DNA of 32,000 bases. Origin: Desulfotalea psychrophila LSv54. GTDB taxonomy: Bacteria > Desulfobacterota > Desulfobulbia > Desulfobulbales > Desulfocapsaceae. The notes beneath the pieces are model-generated. The model did no database searches, had not been told where the DNA came from, and saw nothing but the letters and a program-made list of their open reading frames with translations. Position 1 is the first letter of the stretch, and every line of letters starts with the position of its first letter. A program made the position numbers and the translations under genes. Of this stretch, positions 8,268 through 16,768 are shown piece by piece. The stretch lies in contig NC_006138.1 in the NCBI RefSeq assembly GCF_000025945.1, forward strand, positions 3,240,001 to 3,272,000, read 5' to 3'.

Positions 8268-9593
8268 TTAAACAAGTTCTCCAACAAGAATTGGCCGTAA
8301 TTCACCCATGAGATAGAGAGAACCGGCTATCAGAATAAGATCATCCTTGCCGGCCATCCTCTCCGCATACTCAAGGGCTAATGAGGATGAGGTAAAACAG
8401 GTCGTCTTTTTCCGGTCATCCTCTGTGAGCAGGGCAAACATGGCGGCTGGCTCCGCCGCTCGTTCACTGTCAACAGCTGTCAAACAGAGCAGGTCAACAT
8501 GGGGGACAATCCTGTTCAAACCCGTGGCAATGTCCTTATCGGCCATGGCGCCCCAGACGCAGATAAGTCGCCTATATGAATAGAGAGCAAGAGCCTCCAC
8601 CAAACTGGCAATACCGGCAGGATTATGAGCTCCATCCAAAAGATATGGAGCAGGGCTACGATCCAGCTGCAAATACTCTAACCGGCCCGGCCAGGAGACA
8701 GAGAAAAGCCCGGACCGCAGTTCATCCTCTGAAACCACAAAGCCGTGCCTTTTTAACAGGCAAAGGGTAGTGAGCACCAGAGCACCGTTTTCTGCCTGAA
8801 TGCGGCCTGGCTTGGCATTTTCCACGGCCTGCAAACTGGCATCTGCCAAAAAACCCTCGCCCTGGTAATCCCAGCTGGCCCCTGCCAGCCAATGGGCATC
8901 AAAATCCCGCCCGGCAAGATAGAGGGGGGCCTTTTTCTCCCGGGCAAAACCCGCCACCACCGCAACAACCTTCGGGTCATAGCTACCACAGACGACAGGC
9001 ACACCCTCCTTGATAATACCCGCCTTCTCAGAGGCAACAGCCTCTATGGTATCACCGAGATAGGCCACATGATCAATGCTAATACTGGTAATGATCGTTA
9101 GCAAAGGCTGACGCACCACATTGGTTGCATCCAACCTGCCACCAAGTCCAGTCTCCAAGACGACAAGATCCACCCCTCTCTCATAAAACCAAAGAAAGGC
9201 AAGGGCAGTGGTAAACTCAAAATAGGTTATCGGCCGCCCGGCAAGCCTTGTCCTAATTCGGTCAGTAAGACAGGCAAAGTCTGCGCGAGAGATATACTCA
9301 TCGTTAATGCGAAATCTCTCTCGCGGGGAGCTCAGATGCGGCGAGGTATAAAGGCCAAGCTGATAGCCACCTTTTGCCAAGACAGAGACCAGCGAGGAAC
9401 AGACTGAACCCTTACCGTTTGTCCCGGCTACATGAACAACCTTCATCTTAGCCTCTGGATTATCAAAGAGAGCTAAAAAGTCACGCATGGGGGCAAGCCC
9501 AAGTTTTATTTTATGAAACTGCAAACTATCCAGAAAGGCAAGGGCATCCTGGTAGCGACTTTCAATGGTCGCTTGATCGGAAATATCAGACAT
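8268..9593 (-). CDS. folC: Bifunctional folylpolyglutamate synthase / dihydrofolate synthase
   Basis: 441-aa ORF with the Mur-ligase-type P-loop HVAGTNGKGS. Length and layout are FolC-like. Confidence 0.88.
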   Translation of the reverse strand: MSDISDQATIESRYQDALAFLDSLQFHKIKLGLAPMRDFLALFDNPEAKMKVVHVAGTNGKGSVCSSLVSVLAKGGYQLGLYTSPHLSSPRERFRINDEYISRADFACLTDRIRTRLAGRPITYFEFTTALAFLWFYERGVDLVVLETGLGGRLDATNVVRQPLLTIITSISIDHVAYLGDTIEAVASEKAGIIKEGVPVVCGSYDPKVVAVVAGFAREKKAPLYLAGRDFDAHWLAGASWDYQGEGFLADASLQAVENAKPGRIQAENGALVLTTLCLLKRHGFVVSEDELRSGLFSVSWPGRLEYLQLDRSPAPYLLDGAHNPAGIASLVEALALYSYRRLICVWGAMADKDIATGLNRIVPHVDLLCLTAVDSERAAEPAAMFALLTEDDRKKTTCFTSSSLALEYAERMAGKDDLILIAGSLYLMGELRPILVGELV

Positions 9594-9626
9594 ATTTTTA
9601 TAAAAAGAGTACCTGTTATATTTATC

Positions 9627-11828
9627 TTAGACGAGCTCTAGTTTTGCATAATCCAAATGGAGCGCCTTGGTTCCATACTGTTCAAACTCCACCTCAATGG
9701 CAGGGCCACCCGGCATTTTTTTCACCGTTCCCTCCCCAAAAAATGGATGCTTTACCCGAGTGCCAAGGGACAAATCAGCCCTCTTCAACCCCGCAGGTCT
9801 TGAACGCCTCCCTGCAGGTATGCCCACCGGACGGGGAGAGTTACTCTCCGCAAAACGGGAGGGTCTGCTCAAAGAGGATGTCGATGAGCCCTCCACTCTC
9901 TCATAGAGCATATCCTTAAGCTCAACCAAATAGGGAGACATCCCCACCCTCTTAAACTGACGATCGGGGGTCATCATCTGTCGTGGATAGGTCAAATAGA
10001 GATGTTTTCTTGCTCTGGTTGCGGCAACATAGAGGAGACGGCGTTCCTCCTCCCACTGTGGGCCAAAACCGACAGTGTTAGCGTGGGGAAAACGTCCCTC
10101 GGCAAGACCCATAACAAAGACAGCATCAAACTCCAGACCCTTTGAAGAGTGAATAGTTGAAAGCACCATCCGCTTACCGTCAGGGGTTTTATCTGCTGTG
10201 GGTGCCGGCGGATCAAGGGTGGTATCATCGATAAATTTTTGCAAGTCATCATAGCCAGCAATAACACCCTTAAAATGCTCAAGATCCTTCTCGCGCTTGG
10301 GATAATCATCACTATAGAGGCGCTCAAACAGAGGTGTATAGTAGTTCAAAACCAACTCATAGAGCGCCGCGGGTGTCCTCTCTGTAACCCGGAGCTCCCG
10401 AAAGAGATCGGCTAGACCTGCAATAATATCCACGGAGGCCTTACTAGCAGGATAGTTCTTCAGGCTAAGAAAGGGGTCAAAGGTGGGCACAATAGTTGTG
10501 GTAATCTTCTGTGCTGTCTTGGGACCAATACGGTCAAGCTGGAGCAAAACCCGATTCCAGGAGAGATTATCCCGGGGATTAACCAAGAGGCGGAGAAAGG
10601 AGAGAACATCTTTCATATGGGCGGCTTCAGTAAGTTTTAGCCCACCACGTTTCTCAAACTCAATGCCTGCTGCTCCCAGACCAATCTCAAGTTTATAGGA
10701 GTGAAAGCCCGAACGAAAGAGCACGGCAATTTCCGAGGGGTCAATCCCATCCCGAATATGTTGCTGAACCCTGGCGAGAATAAACGTTGCCTCGGCCTGC
10801 TCATCACGAGCCCCATAAACAATCGGCCGCTGCTCACCTTTTATATTACTGTGGAGGGACTTGGTATATTTTTCCGAGGCATTGGCAATGAGATCATTGG
10901 TCAAGGAGAGGATGGGCTGAGTCGAACGATAATTTTCCTCCAACTTTATCAGTTTGGCCCCAGGAAACTCCTTGGGAAAACGCATAATATTATAGAAGTC
11001 TGCCCCTCGAAAGGAGTAGATGGACTGGGAATCATCCCCCACCACCATCACATTGCTATGTTCCGAGGCAAGCAATCGAATAATATCGGCCTGAATAAGA
11101 TTGGTATCCTGATACTCATCAACCATCACATAACGAAATCGATGGGACATCATGGAACGCACCTCGGGCGACTCCTGGAGCAGGAGCTTCCAGTTAACCA
11201 ACAGGTCATCATAATCCATAAGGACATTATCCCTCTTAAAGGTATGATAATGTCTGCCAAGTCTCAAAATATCAGCGCAGTGATCAGCCAGATGTCCATA
11301 CTGATCATGGATCAACTCTTCCATCGGGGTAGACTTATTAATCGATCCACTGATTATATTAATAATGATCCGCTTTCCCGGAAAACGCTTATCTCCCTTG
11401 CCCATCTCAAGAGAAGATTTCAGCAAATTAATGATACCCTCTGCATCGGCCCGGTCAATAATAGTAAAACCCTTGCCCCAACCCATATGACTGCCATATT
11501 GGCGAAGTAACATATTGGCGACACCGTGAAATGTACCCCCCATCACCCGGGAACAGTTTTCCCCCAGGAGTTCACCTGCACGCCAAACCATTTCCTGGGA
11601 TGCCTTGCGGGTAAAGGTCAAAAGAAGGATAGACTCCGGGGCCACTCCCTTATCCAGGAGGTGCGCTACCCTGTATATCAGGGTGCGGGTCTTGCCACTT
11701 CCGGCACCGGCAATGACCAAAACAGGCCCTTCGGTGGTGGTCACAGCCAAATGCTGGGCTGGATTCAGACCACTCAGATCAATGGGGGAGGGATCAGCTG
11801 TTGCAAAATTTGTTTTATCAATATTCAT
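9627..11828 (-). CDS. UvrD/PcrA/Rep-family ATP-dependent DNA helicase
   Basis: Superfamily 1 helicase motifs are present: LNPAQHLAV, Walker A AGAGSGKT, DEYQDT, and VLSTIHSSKGLEFDAVFV...YVAATRAR. There is a C-terminal Tudor-like tail (VKHPFFGEGTV). The ORF track starts at a GTG at 11939. I prefer the ATG at 11828 (MNIDKTNF...), located 28 residues before the conserved LNPAQ motif. Confidence 0.88.
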   Translation of the reverse strand: MNIDKTNFATADPSPIDLSGLNPAQHLAVTTTEGPVLVIAGAGSGKTRTLIYRVAHLLDKGVAPESILLLTFTRKASQEMVWRAGELLGENCSRVMGGTFHGVANMLLRQYGSHMGWGKGFTIIDRADAEGIINLLKSSLEMGKGDKRFPGKRIIINIISGSINKSTPMEELIHDQYGHLADHCADILRLGRHYHTFKRDNVLMDYDDLLVNWKLLLQESPEVRSMMSHRFRYVMVDEYQDTNLIQADIIRLLASEHSNVMVVGDDSQSIYSFRGADFYNIMRFPKEFPGAKLIKLEENYRSTQPILSLTNDLIANASEKYTKSLHSNIKGEQRPIVYGARDEQAEATFILARVQQHIRDGIDPSEIAVLFRSGFHSYKLEIGLGAAGIEFEKRGGLKLTEAAHMKDVLSFLRLLVNPRDNLSWNRVLLQLDRIGPKTAQKITTTIVPTFDPFLSLKNYPASKASVDIIAGLADLFRELRVTERTPAALYELVLNYYTPLFERLYSDDYPKREKDLEHFKGVIAGYDDLQKFIDDTTLDPPAPTADKTPDGKRMVLSTIHSSKGLEFDAVFVMGLAEGRFPHANTVGFGPQWEEERRLLYVAATRARKHLYLTYPRQMMTPDRQFKRVGMSPYLVELKDMLYERVEGSSTSSLSRPSRFAESNSPRPVGIPAGRRSRPAGLKRADLSLGTRVKHPFFGEGTVKKMPGGPAIEVEFEQYGTKALHLDYAKLELV

Positions 11829-11974
11829 AGCCGAGCAACTTACCACAGTCCCACCGGAGCTGGCAACTTTGGTTGACAAAATAACGCCTATAGCTATAGT
11901 GCCTACTCTAGGACAAGATGTTACCCATCCGGGGTACACGGAAAATAATCAATTATAATAAAAAGTTATCAGAT

Positions 11975-12373
11975 ATGAACATCACCGAAATGAGTAGCAC
12001 TTTCACACCTGAGGCCTTAAATAAAATTTTCCCAGCCAAAAAAGCCGACGAATTTTTCGACGCCCTTTTTGGCGATGCCAGTGAGGGCGCCTACGATATC
12101 CAACTCGCCTTTGCCGCTATGAACGAAAACCAATTAGAGATGGCCCTTCAGCTTCAACAGCGACCAGGCCGTTGCCTGGCCTGCAACCTTACCCACGGCC
12201 TGCCACAGGTTTTTTCACGTCATCCCCTGCTGAACATTGCCGGTGTGGTCAAAGATTTGGGTAGTCTTTTGGGCGACAGCCTTGAGTGTGGTGAATGGAG
12301 CTTGGGACACACAGAACAACGCAGCGCAGCAATGCATGTTATTCCACTGAAAATATCCCTTAAAACCATCTAG
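11975..12373 (+). CDS. Hypothetical protein (no recognisable domain)
   Basis: ORF divergent from the helicase gene. I use the internal ATG at 11975 (MNITEMSSTF...) rather than the upstream start at 11918. No motif recognised. Confidence 0.5.
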   Translation: MNITEMSSTFTPEALNKIFPAKKADEFFDALFGDASEGAYDIQLAFAAMNENQLEMALQLQQRPGRCLACNLTHGLPQVFSRHPLLNIAGVVKDLGSLLGDSLECGEWSLGHTEQRSAAMHVIPLKISLKTI

Positions 12374-12502
12374 GCTGCGTAAAGATCAACCAAAGGCCCA
12401 ATCTCTCCTCGGCCATTGGTTGATCCTGCCGCTACCCAAAGAGCCCCTTCCGCAAAACAGCGCATTCCCTTCAACCTTTTCTCCAATAGCAAAAATCTGA
12501 CC

Positions 12503-13549
12503 ATGCCTATATCAACAGAAAAAAAACTCGGCTCTCTCTTGATGACAGGTTTTATCGGCGAGGAAATCAGCCAGTGCAGCTCTACAGTTAACGATATCAA
12601 AGAGCATGGCCTAGGCGGAGTTATTCTCTTTGACAAATGTCTGGCAACAGGTTCCAGGAAAAACAACATCACATCGCCTGAGCAGATGGCAAAACTCACC
12701 TCCGACCTGCAGAGCTGTTCGGCAGAACCCCTTCTTATTGCCGTAGATCAGGAAGGAGGAATGGTAAGTCGCTTTAGGTCGGCCTACGGTTTTTCCACCA
12801 GCCCGAGCGCCCTTATGCTCGGGCAACAGGACGACTTAGAAAAATGCCGGGAGGCGGCAGAGCAGACCAGTCAAATGCTCAAAGATGCTGGAGTGAACTT
12901 CAATCTCGCACCGGTAGTTGACCTTGACCTCACCGCCCTAAACCCCATCATCGGCAAATACCAGCGAAGCTTTGGTGATAACGCGCAGACAGTGATTGAG
13001 TGTGCACTCAGCTGGATGAGCGCCCATAGGAAGTCCGGCATTCTCTCCTGCCTTAAACATTTCCCCGGGCACGGCAGTTCCCTCGCTGATTCGCATCGGG
13101 GCTTTGTCGATATAACTGAGAGCTGGGATAGAGAAGAGCTACTCCCCTACAAAAAAATCCACCAACGGACAGAGATCGATGCCATCATGATGGGGCACCT
13201 CTTCCACAAAAATCTCGACCCACTCTACCCGGCAAGTCTCTCCAAAAGAATAATAGACTCTCTCCTGCGCCAGGAGATGAACTACCAGGGATTGATTATT
13301 TCAGACGATATGCAAATGGGGGCAATAACAAAATACTATGGCCTTGAAAAGGCCTGCTGCCGAGCTATCTGTGCTGGAGTCGACATGGTGATCATTGGTA
13401 ACAACATCTCCTCTGACCCCAAAATAGTGACAAAGATAACAGACAGCTTAAAAAATTCCATTGACCAGGGACTTCTGAGTGAAGCCAGAGTGGATCAAGC
13501 CTGGCAACGAGTTCAAGGCCTAAAAAATAAACTCCATAAGGGAGAATAA
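12503..13549 (+). CDS. nagZ: Beta-N-acetylhexosaminidase (GH3, NagZ-like)
   Basis: GH3 signatures are present: GGVILF, AVDQEGG, KHFPGHG...D. The ORF track start at 12416 is a TTG. The first ATG is at 12503 (MPISTEKKLGSLLMTGF), so the start is uncertain by ~30 codons. Confidence 0.85.
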   Translation: MPISTEKKLGSLLMTGFIGEEISQCSSTVNDIKEHGLGGVILFDKCLATGSRKNNITSPEQMAKLTSDLQSCSAEPLLIAVDQEGGMVSRFRSAYGFSTSPSALMLGQQDDLEKCREAAEQTSQMLKDAGVNFNLAPVVDLDLTALNPIIGKYQRSFGDNAQTVIECALSWMSAHRKSGILSCLKHFPGHGSSLADSHRGFVDITESWDREELLPYKKIHQRTEIDAIMMGHLFHKNLDPLYPASLSKRIIDSLLRQEMNYQGLIISDDMQMGAITKYYGLEKACCRAICAGVDMVIIGNNISSDPKIVTKITDSLKNSIDQGLLSEARVDQAWQRVQGLKNKLHKGE

Positions 13550-13962
13550 TGCACAAAACCTACCACAAACCAACCCATTCCATCGCCATGGGATATATTC
13601 TCTGGATTTTTGGTTTTCTGGGCGCCCACCGTTTTTACTATGGCAGACAAATCTCCGCCACCATCTACTTCTTCACCTGTGGTCTTTTTTTCATTGGTTG
13701 GATAGTGGATCTCTTCCTCATTCCCGGTATGAACGAAGAGGCCGATATTCGTTATAACCAAGGTGACATTGATTTTAATCTTGCTTGGGTCCTTCTCACC
13801 TTCCTTGGCCTGCTAGGAGCCCATCGCATGTATATGGGGAAATGGATAACGGGCATTATCTACCTGCTCACTCTGGGACTAGGCGGCCTTGGTTATATCT
13901 ATGACCTATGGACCCTCAACGAACAGATAAGTATTAAAAACGGTCTCGCTGAACGGCAATAA
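13549..13962 (+). CDS. TM2 domain-containing membrane protein (two TM2 repeats)
   Basis: 137-aa ORF with two copies of the GxLGAHRFYxG-type motif (FLGAHRFYYGRQ and LLGAHRMYMGKW). Its ATG overlaps the nagZ stop (TAATG) and is preceded by AAGGGAG. Confidence 0.8.
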   Translation: MHKTYHKPTHSIAMGYILWIFGFLGAHRFYYGRQISATIYFFTCGLFFIGWIVDLFLIPGMNEEADIRYNQGDIDFNLAWVLLTFLGLLGAHRMYMGKWITGIIYLLTLGLGGLGYIYDLWTLNEQISIKNGLAERQ

Positions 13963-13995
13963 AAAACCTGCTCAACCTATAGGCCTCAAGGTTCT

Positions 13996-15537
13996 TTATA
14001 AAAGAAACTCCCCCTTAGCCAGGACGGTGGCAACAACCCTGGCAAGCTCTTTAAAAGAGACAGGCTTCAAACAGCAGTGATTTATACCTACCTTACCAAG
14101 GGCCGCCTCTGAAATCTTCTCGCTATAGCCTGTACAAAGAACAACGGGAAGATCAGGGCGCACCTTTCTCACCTCCCCGCAGAGCTCCACCCCCGTCAGA
14201 TCCGGCATGGTCAAGTCTGTAATTAACAGATCAAACCTGCTAGGATCCTGAAGAAAGAGAACAAGGGCCTTGCGGGCAGAGGTAAGGGGAAGAACGCGAT
14301 AACCAAGTCGTTCGAGAAGAGCGGCAGAAACGTCCACTACCTGCTCATCATCATCAACCAATAAAATATCAGCACTGCCACACTGCAACTCACTAAGGCT
14401 CACCACCTGTTCAACCAAAACCGCCTTTTCTGAAACAGGAAAAGAGACATGAAATGAAGTGCCGCAGCCAATTTCACTCTCCACCCTGAGACGCCCGCCA
14501 TAACTATGCACCAGGCCATGAACAACGGCAAGTCCCATCCCTGTGCCCTGCTCTTTTTCGCGGGTGGTAAAATACGGCTCAAAAATACGTTCCAACAAAA
14601 CATCCTCTATACCACAGCCTGTATCTGCAACTATTATCTCCAACCACTCTTCCCCCCCCTCATCCCTCTCCTCACTCACCAGGCTAATGGTCAAGGTGCC
14701 ATGCCTGCCCTCCATTGCATGGCCGCTATTTGTACAGAGATTAACAATAATTTGCTGTAGATGAACGGGATCTATGGAGATACGTCCGCAATCTTCATCG
14801 AGATCAAGATTGATCTTGATAGTCGCTGGCAACATCGTCCGCATAAGTCTGGAGACCTCCTTTATAACAGGCTGACCATACTGCAAGGATATCTTCTGTT
14901 CAGCACTACATGAAAAGGTAAGTATCTGTTCCACAAGCTTTTGAGCCCTTCCGGCAGCAGACAATATCTCCCCCAGATAACCATCCATGGCTGAATCAAG
15001 TAGTCCCTCCTGCTCCATCCTCAGACGAATAATCTCTGAATAGCCCAAGATCGGAGTGAGAACATTATTAAAATCATGGGCAACGCCACCGGCAAGGGTA
15101 CCAATGGCCTCCATTTTCTGTGTCTGTCGCAACCTCTTCTCTAAATGAAAACGCTCGGTAATATTGTTTACCAATAGCATTGCCCCAACAACATGGCCTT
15201 TTTCCTGCACAGGCGAGGAGGTTATTTCAAAAATAACATCCTCATCCTCTCCACCTTCACCCCTTAAAAGACCTGCACTGACACCCACCTCAACAGATGC
15301 ATCCACAATAGTTTTGGCAACGGAGCAGCCGACACAATGTTCTGTATTTATTCGTAGCAAATCACAGCAATTAGCACCTTTACCATCTGCTGCCAGGAAG
15401 ACCCCTCCCCTTGACGACCAAATCACCTCTAACTTTTTATTGACATATATCAGCATCCCTGAAAAGCCATTAACAATAGCTTGCAACTGACTATTTGACT
15501 CAGAAAAAACGCAATTTACTTTTTCCATCAGGTCCAT
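13996..15537 (-). CDS. Hybrid sensor histidine kinase (PAS-like N-terminus, HisKA, HATPase, C-terminal receiver)
   Basis: H-box VAHDFNNVL; ATPase boxes DTGCGI and GTGMGLAVV; C-terminal REC (ILLVDDDEQ...LITDLTMPDLTG...KP). No TM segment, so it is predicted to be cytoplasmic. Confidence 0.88.
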   Translation of the reverse strand: MDLMEKVNCVFSESNSQLQAIVNGFSGMLIYVNKKLEVIWSSRGGVFLAADGKGANCCDLLRINTEHCVGCSVAKTIVDASVEVGVSAGLLRGEGGEDEDVIFEITSSPVQEKGHVVGAMLLVNNITERFHLEKRLRQTQKMEAIGTLAGGVAHDFNNVLTPILGYSEIIRLRMEQEGLLDSAMDGYLGEILSAAGRAQKLVEQILTFSCSAEQKISLQYGQPVIKEVSRLMRTMLPATIKINLDLDEDCGRISIDPVHLQQIIVNLCTNSGHAMEGRHGTLTISLVSEERDEGGEEWLEIIVADTGCGIEDVLLERIFEPYFTTREKEQGTGMGLAVVHGLVHSYGGRLRVESEIGCGTSFHVSFPVSEKAVLVEQVVSLSELQCGSADILLVDDDEQVVDVSAALLERLGYRVLPLTSARKALVLFLQDPSRFDLLITDLTMPDLTGVELCGEVRKVRPDLPVVLCTGYSEKISEAALGKVGINHCCLKPVSFKELARVVATVLAKGEFLL

Positions 15538-15585
15538 GTCATATCACCATCTTAACTATTAAGTTTCAATATATTTTATTAACGA

Positions 15586-15601
15586 TTTTTGTCGACAAAA
15601 C
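15586..15601. promoter_or_regulatory. Perfect 16-bp palindrome TTTTTGTCGACAAAAA (candidate operator)
   Basis: Read directly from the sequence. It lies in the 198-bp divergent intergenic region between the hybrid kinase gene and the DUF493 gene. Confidence 0.35.
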
Positions 15602-15735
15602 AACAAATAAACATTCAATTCATTAGACGATTCCCTTTTGCTTGACTCACCTTAAAACAATAGTTATTAGTGCTGTTGAAAACAGTAAATTATCTTTTTC
15701 AAAAAAACTGATTTAAAATCATCACTATAAAAAAT

Positions 15736-16014
15736 ATGCTCATTCAAAATACAGACGAATTAAAGAAAAAACATCCTGAAATCGAATATCCATGCAGATG
15801 GCAATATAAGGTAATTGGCGAAGATGCCACCCTGGTAAAAGACGCCATCGTCAGTATCTGCACAGACACAAGCTTGGAAGTTACCTATTCGCATACCAGC
15901 TCTGGAGGAAAATACCACAGCTTTAATGCAAGTATTAAGGTAGAGAGTGAAGCAATGCGACTTTCAACTTTTGAATCTCTCAAGGCTCACCCATCTCTTA
16001 AAATGGTACTCTAA
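15736..16014 (+). CDS. DUF493 / YbeD-like small protein
   Basis: 92-aa ORF. YPCRWQYKVIG...GKYHSFNASIKV...LKMVL follows the pattern I recall for E. coli YbeD (FTYKVMG...GNYHSVSITI...VRMVL). Confidence 0.7.
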   Translation: MLIQNTDELKKKHPEIEYPCRWQYKVIGEDATLVKDAIVSICTDTSLEVTYSHTSSGGKYHSFNASIKVESEAMRLSTFESLKAHPSLKMVL

Positions 16015-16034
16015 CTCTTCAACATAGAGGAAAC

Positions 16035-16556
16035 ATGTCAGATAGCCAAATAGAAAATGATGCAGAAAAATCTCGTCTCATTGTCTCTCTTCGCGAGGGC
16101 GTTGCCCTGGTCCAAATGATTTTTTTCAAAGAATTACGGACACATTTAACAAACAACTATTCTGACAAGAGCAAAAGACATAATATAACCCTCACCAGTA
16201 CCATTACCAATGAAATTTTTGGTACACCAAACCCAGAAGAATCCTTTGTCCACTTCCATAAAGAAAATTGGGCAATTATAGAACAAGAACTCCTTACCCT
16301 TAAAGAAAACTTTCCCCTGTTGCTTCCATCCCTAACGGATGCCCTACGCATCCAGACGCTCTGTGACAGCCAGGAAGGCCAAGACAGTTCAGCTGTCCTG
16401 GTGAAAGCAAATAATTTTGGTTTCTTACTGGAAGAACGCGAAGTACCTCTACCTTCAAATTTCATAACAGCTGTTAGAACAATTGGAGGTACATACAATC
16501 TAATAATTCCACCTGTACAGGTAAATCCTGAGCAGGAAGCAGCAATAACTCACTAG
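16035..16556 (+). CDS. Hypothetical protein
   Basis: 173-aa ORF starting 20 nt after the DUF493 gene, with GAGGAA 5 nt upstream of the ATG. No motif recognised. Confidence 0.55.
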   Translation: MSDSQIENDAEKSRLIVSLREGVALVQMIFFKELRTHLTNNYSDKSKRHNITLTSTITNEIFGTPNPEESFVHFHKENWAIIEQELLTLKENFPLLLPSLTDALRIQTLCDSQEGQDSSAVLVKANNFGFLLEEREVPLPSNFITAVRTIGGTYNLIIPPVQVNPEQEAAITH

Positions 16557-16637
16557 AAAACATACTTTTACTGTCTTCCACGTGAAGACAGGGTTATCAC
16601 GGACCAAGAGAGAATACCTTTTTTCAAAGTCCCCTCA

Positions 16638-16666
16638 TTGATAGCCTATAAAGAGCAACCTATAAT
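16638..16666 (+). promoter_or_regulatory. Near-consensus sigma70-type promoter upstream of the PFOR gene
   Basis: TTGATA (16638-16643), an exact 17-nt spacer, then TATAAT (16661-16666). This predicts a ~95-nt leader. AAGGAG lies 8 nt before the ATG at 16769. Confidence 0.45.
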
Positions 16667-16768
16667 AGGGTTTTACAAGACGATATAGAGAAAAAGGCTA
16701 GATCCCGCTTCTTTTTTCGTCTAAATATCATCAAAAAACAACAATTTGTTATCCCAAGGAGAACTTAT

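Noticed and set aside
7962-11828. UvrD-family helicase plus HNH nuclease as a possible two-gene defence system (Gabija-like or similar helicase-nuclease pairs).
   Set aside because: The two genes are separated by folC. The helicase has a full housekeeping UvrD/PcrA layout including the C-terminal Tudor-like tail. There are no neighbouring mobile or defence genes and no visible compositional shift. Nothing supports an immunity function.
11829-11939. 37-codon N-terminal extension of the helicase from a GTG start. Analogous upstream extensions are given for nagZ (12416-12502, TTG) and the CoADR-rhodanese gene (26072-26158).
   Set aside because: In each case the extension precedes a canonical ATG, after which the conserved N-terminal motif follows at the usual distance (LNPAQ; GH3 core; GxGxxG at residue ~8). 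The extensions are hydrophobic or low-complexity and would eat into promoter regions. They are kept only as alternative starts.
15325-15339. HCVGC in the hybrid kinase sensor as a c-type haem attachment site.
   Set aside because: The haem c motif is CxxCH. Here the His precedes the CxxC pair (HCxxC), and the protein has no signal peptide for periplasmic haem attachment.
15643-15671. TTGACT followed 17 nt later by TATTAG as the promoter of the DUF493 gene.
   Set aside because: The -10 candidate lacks the conserved final T and alternative spacings are no better. It is too weak to list as a feature without TSS data.
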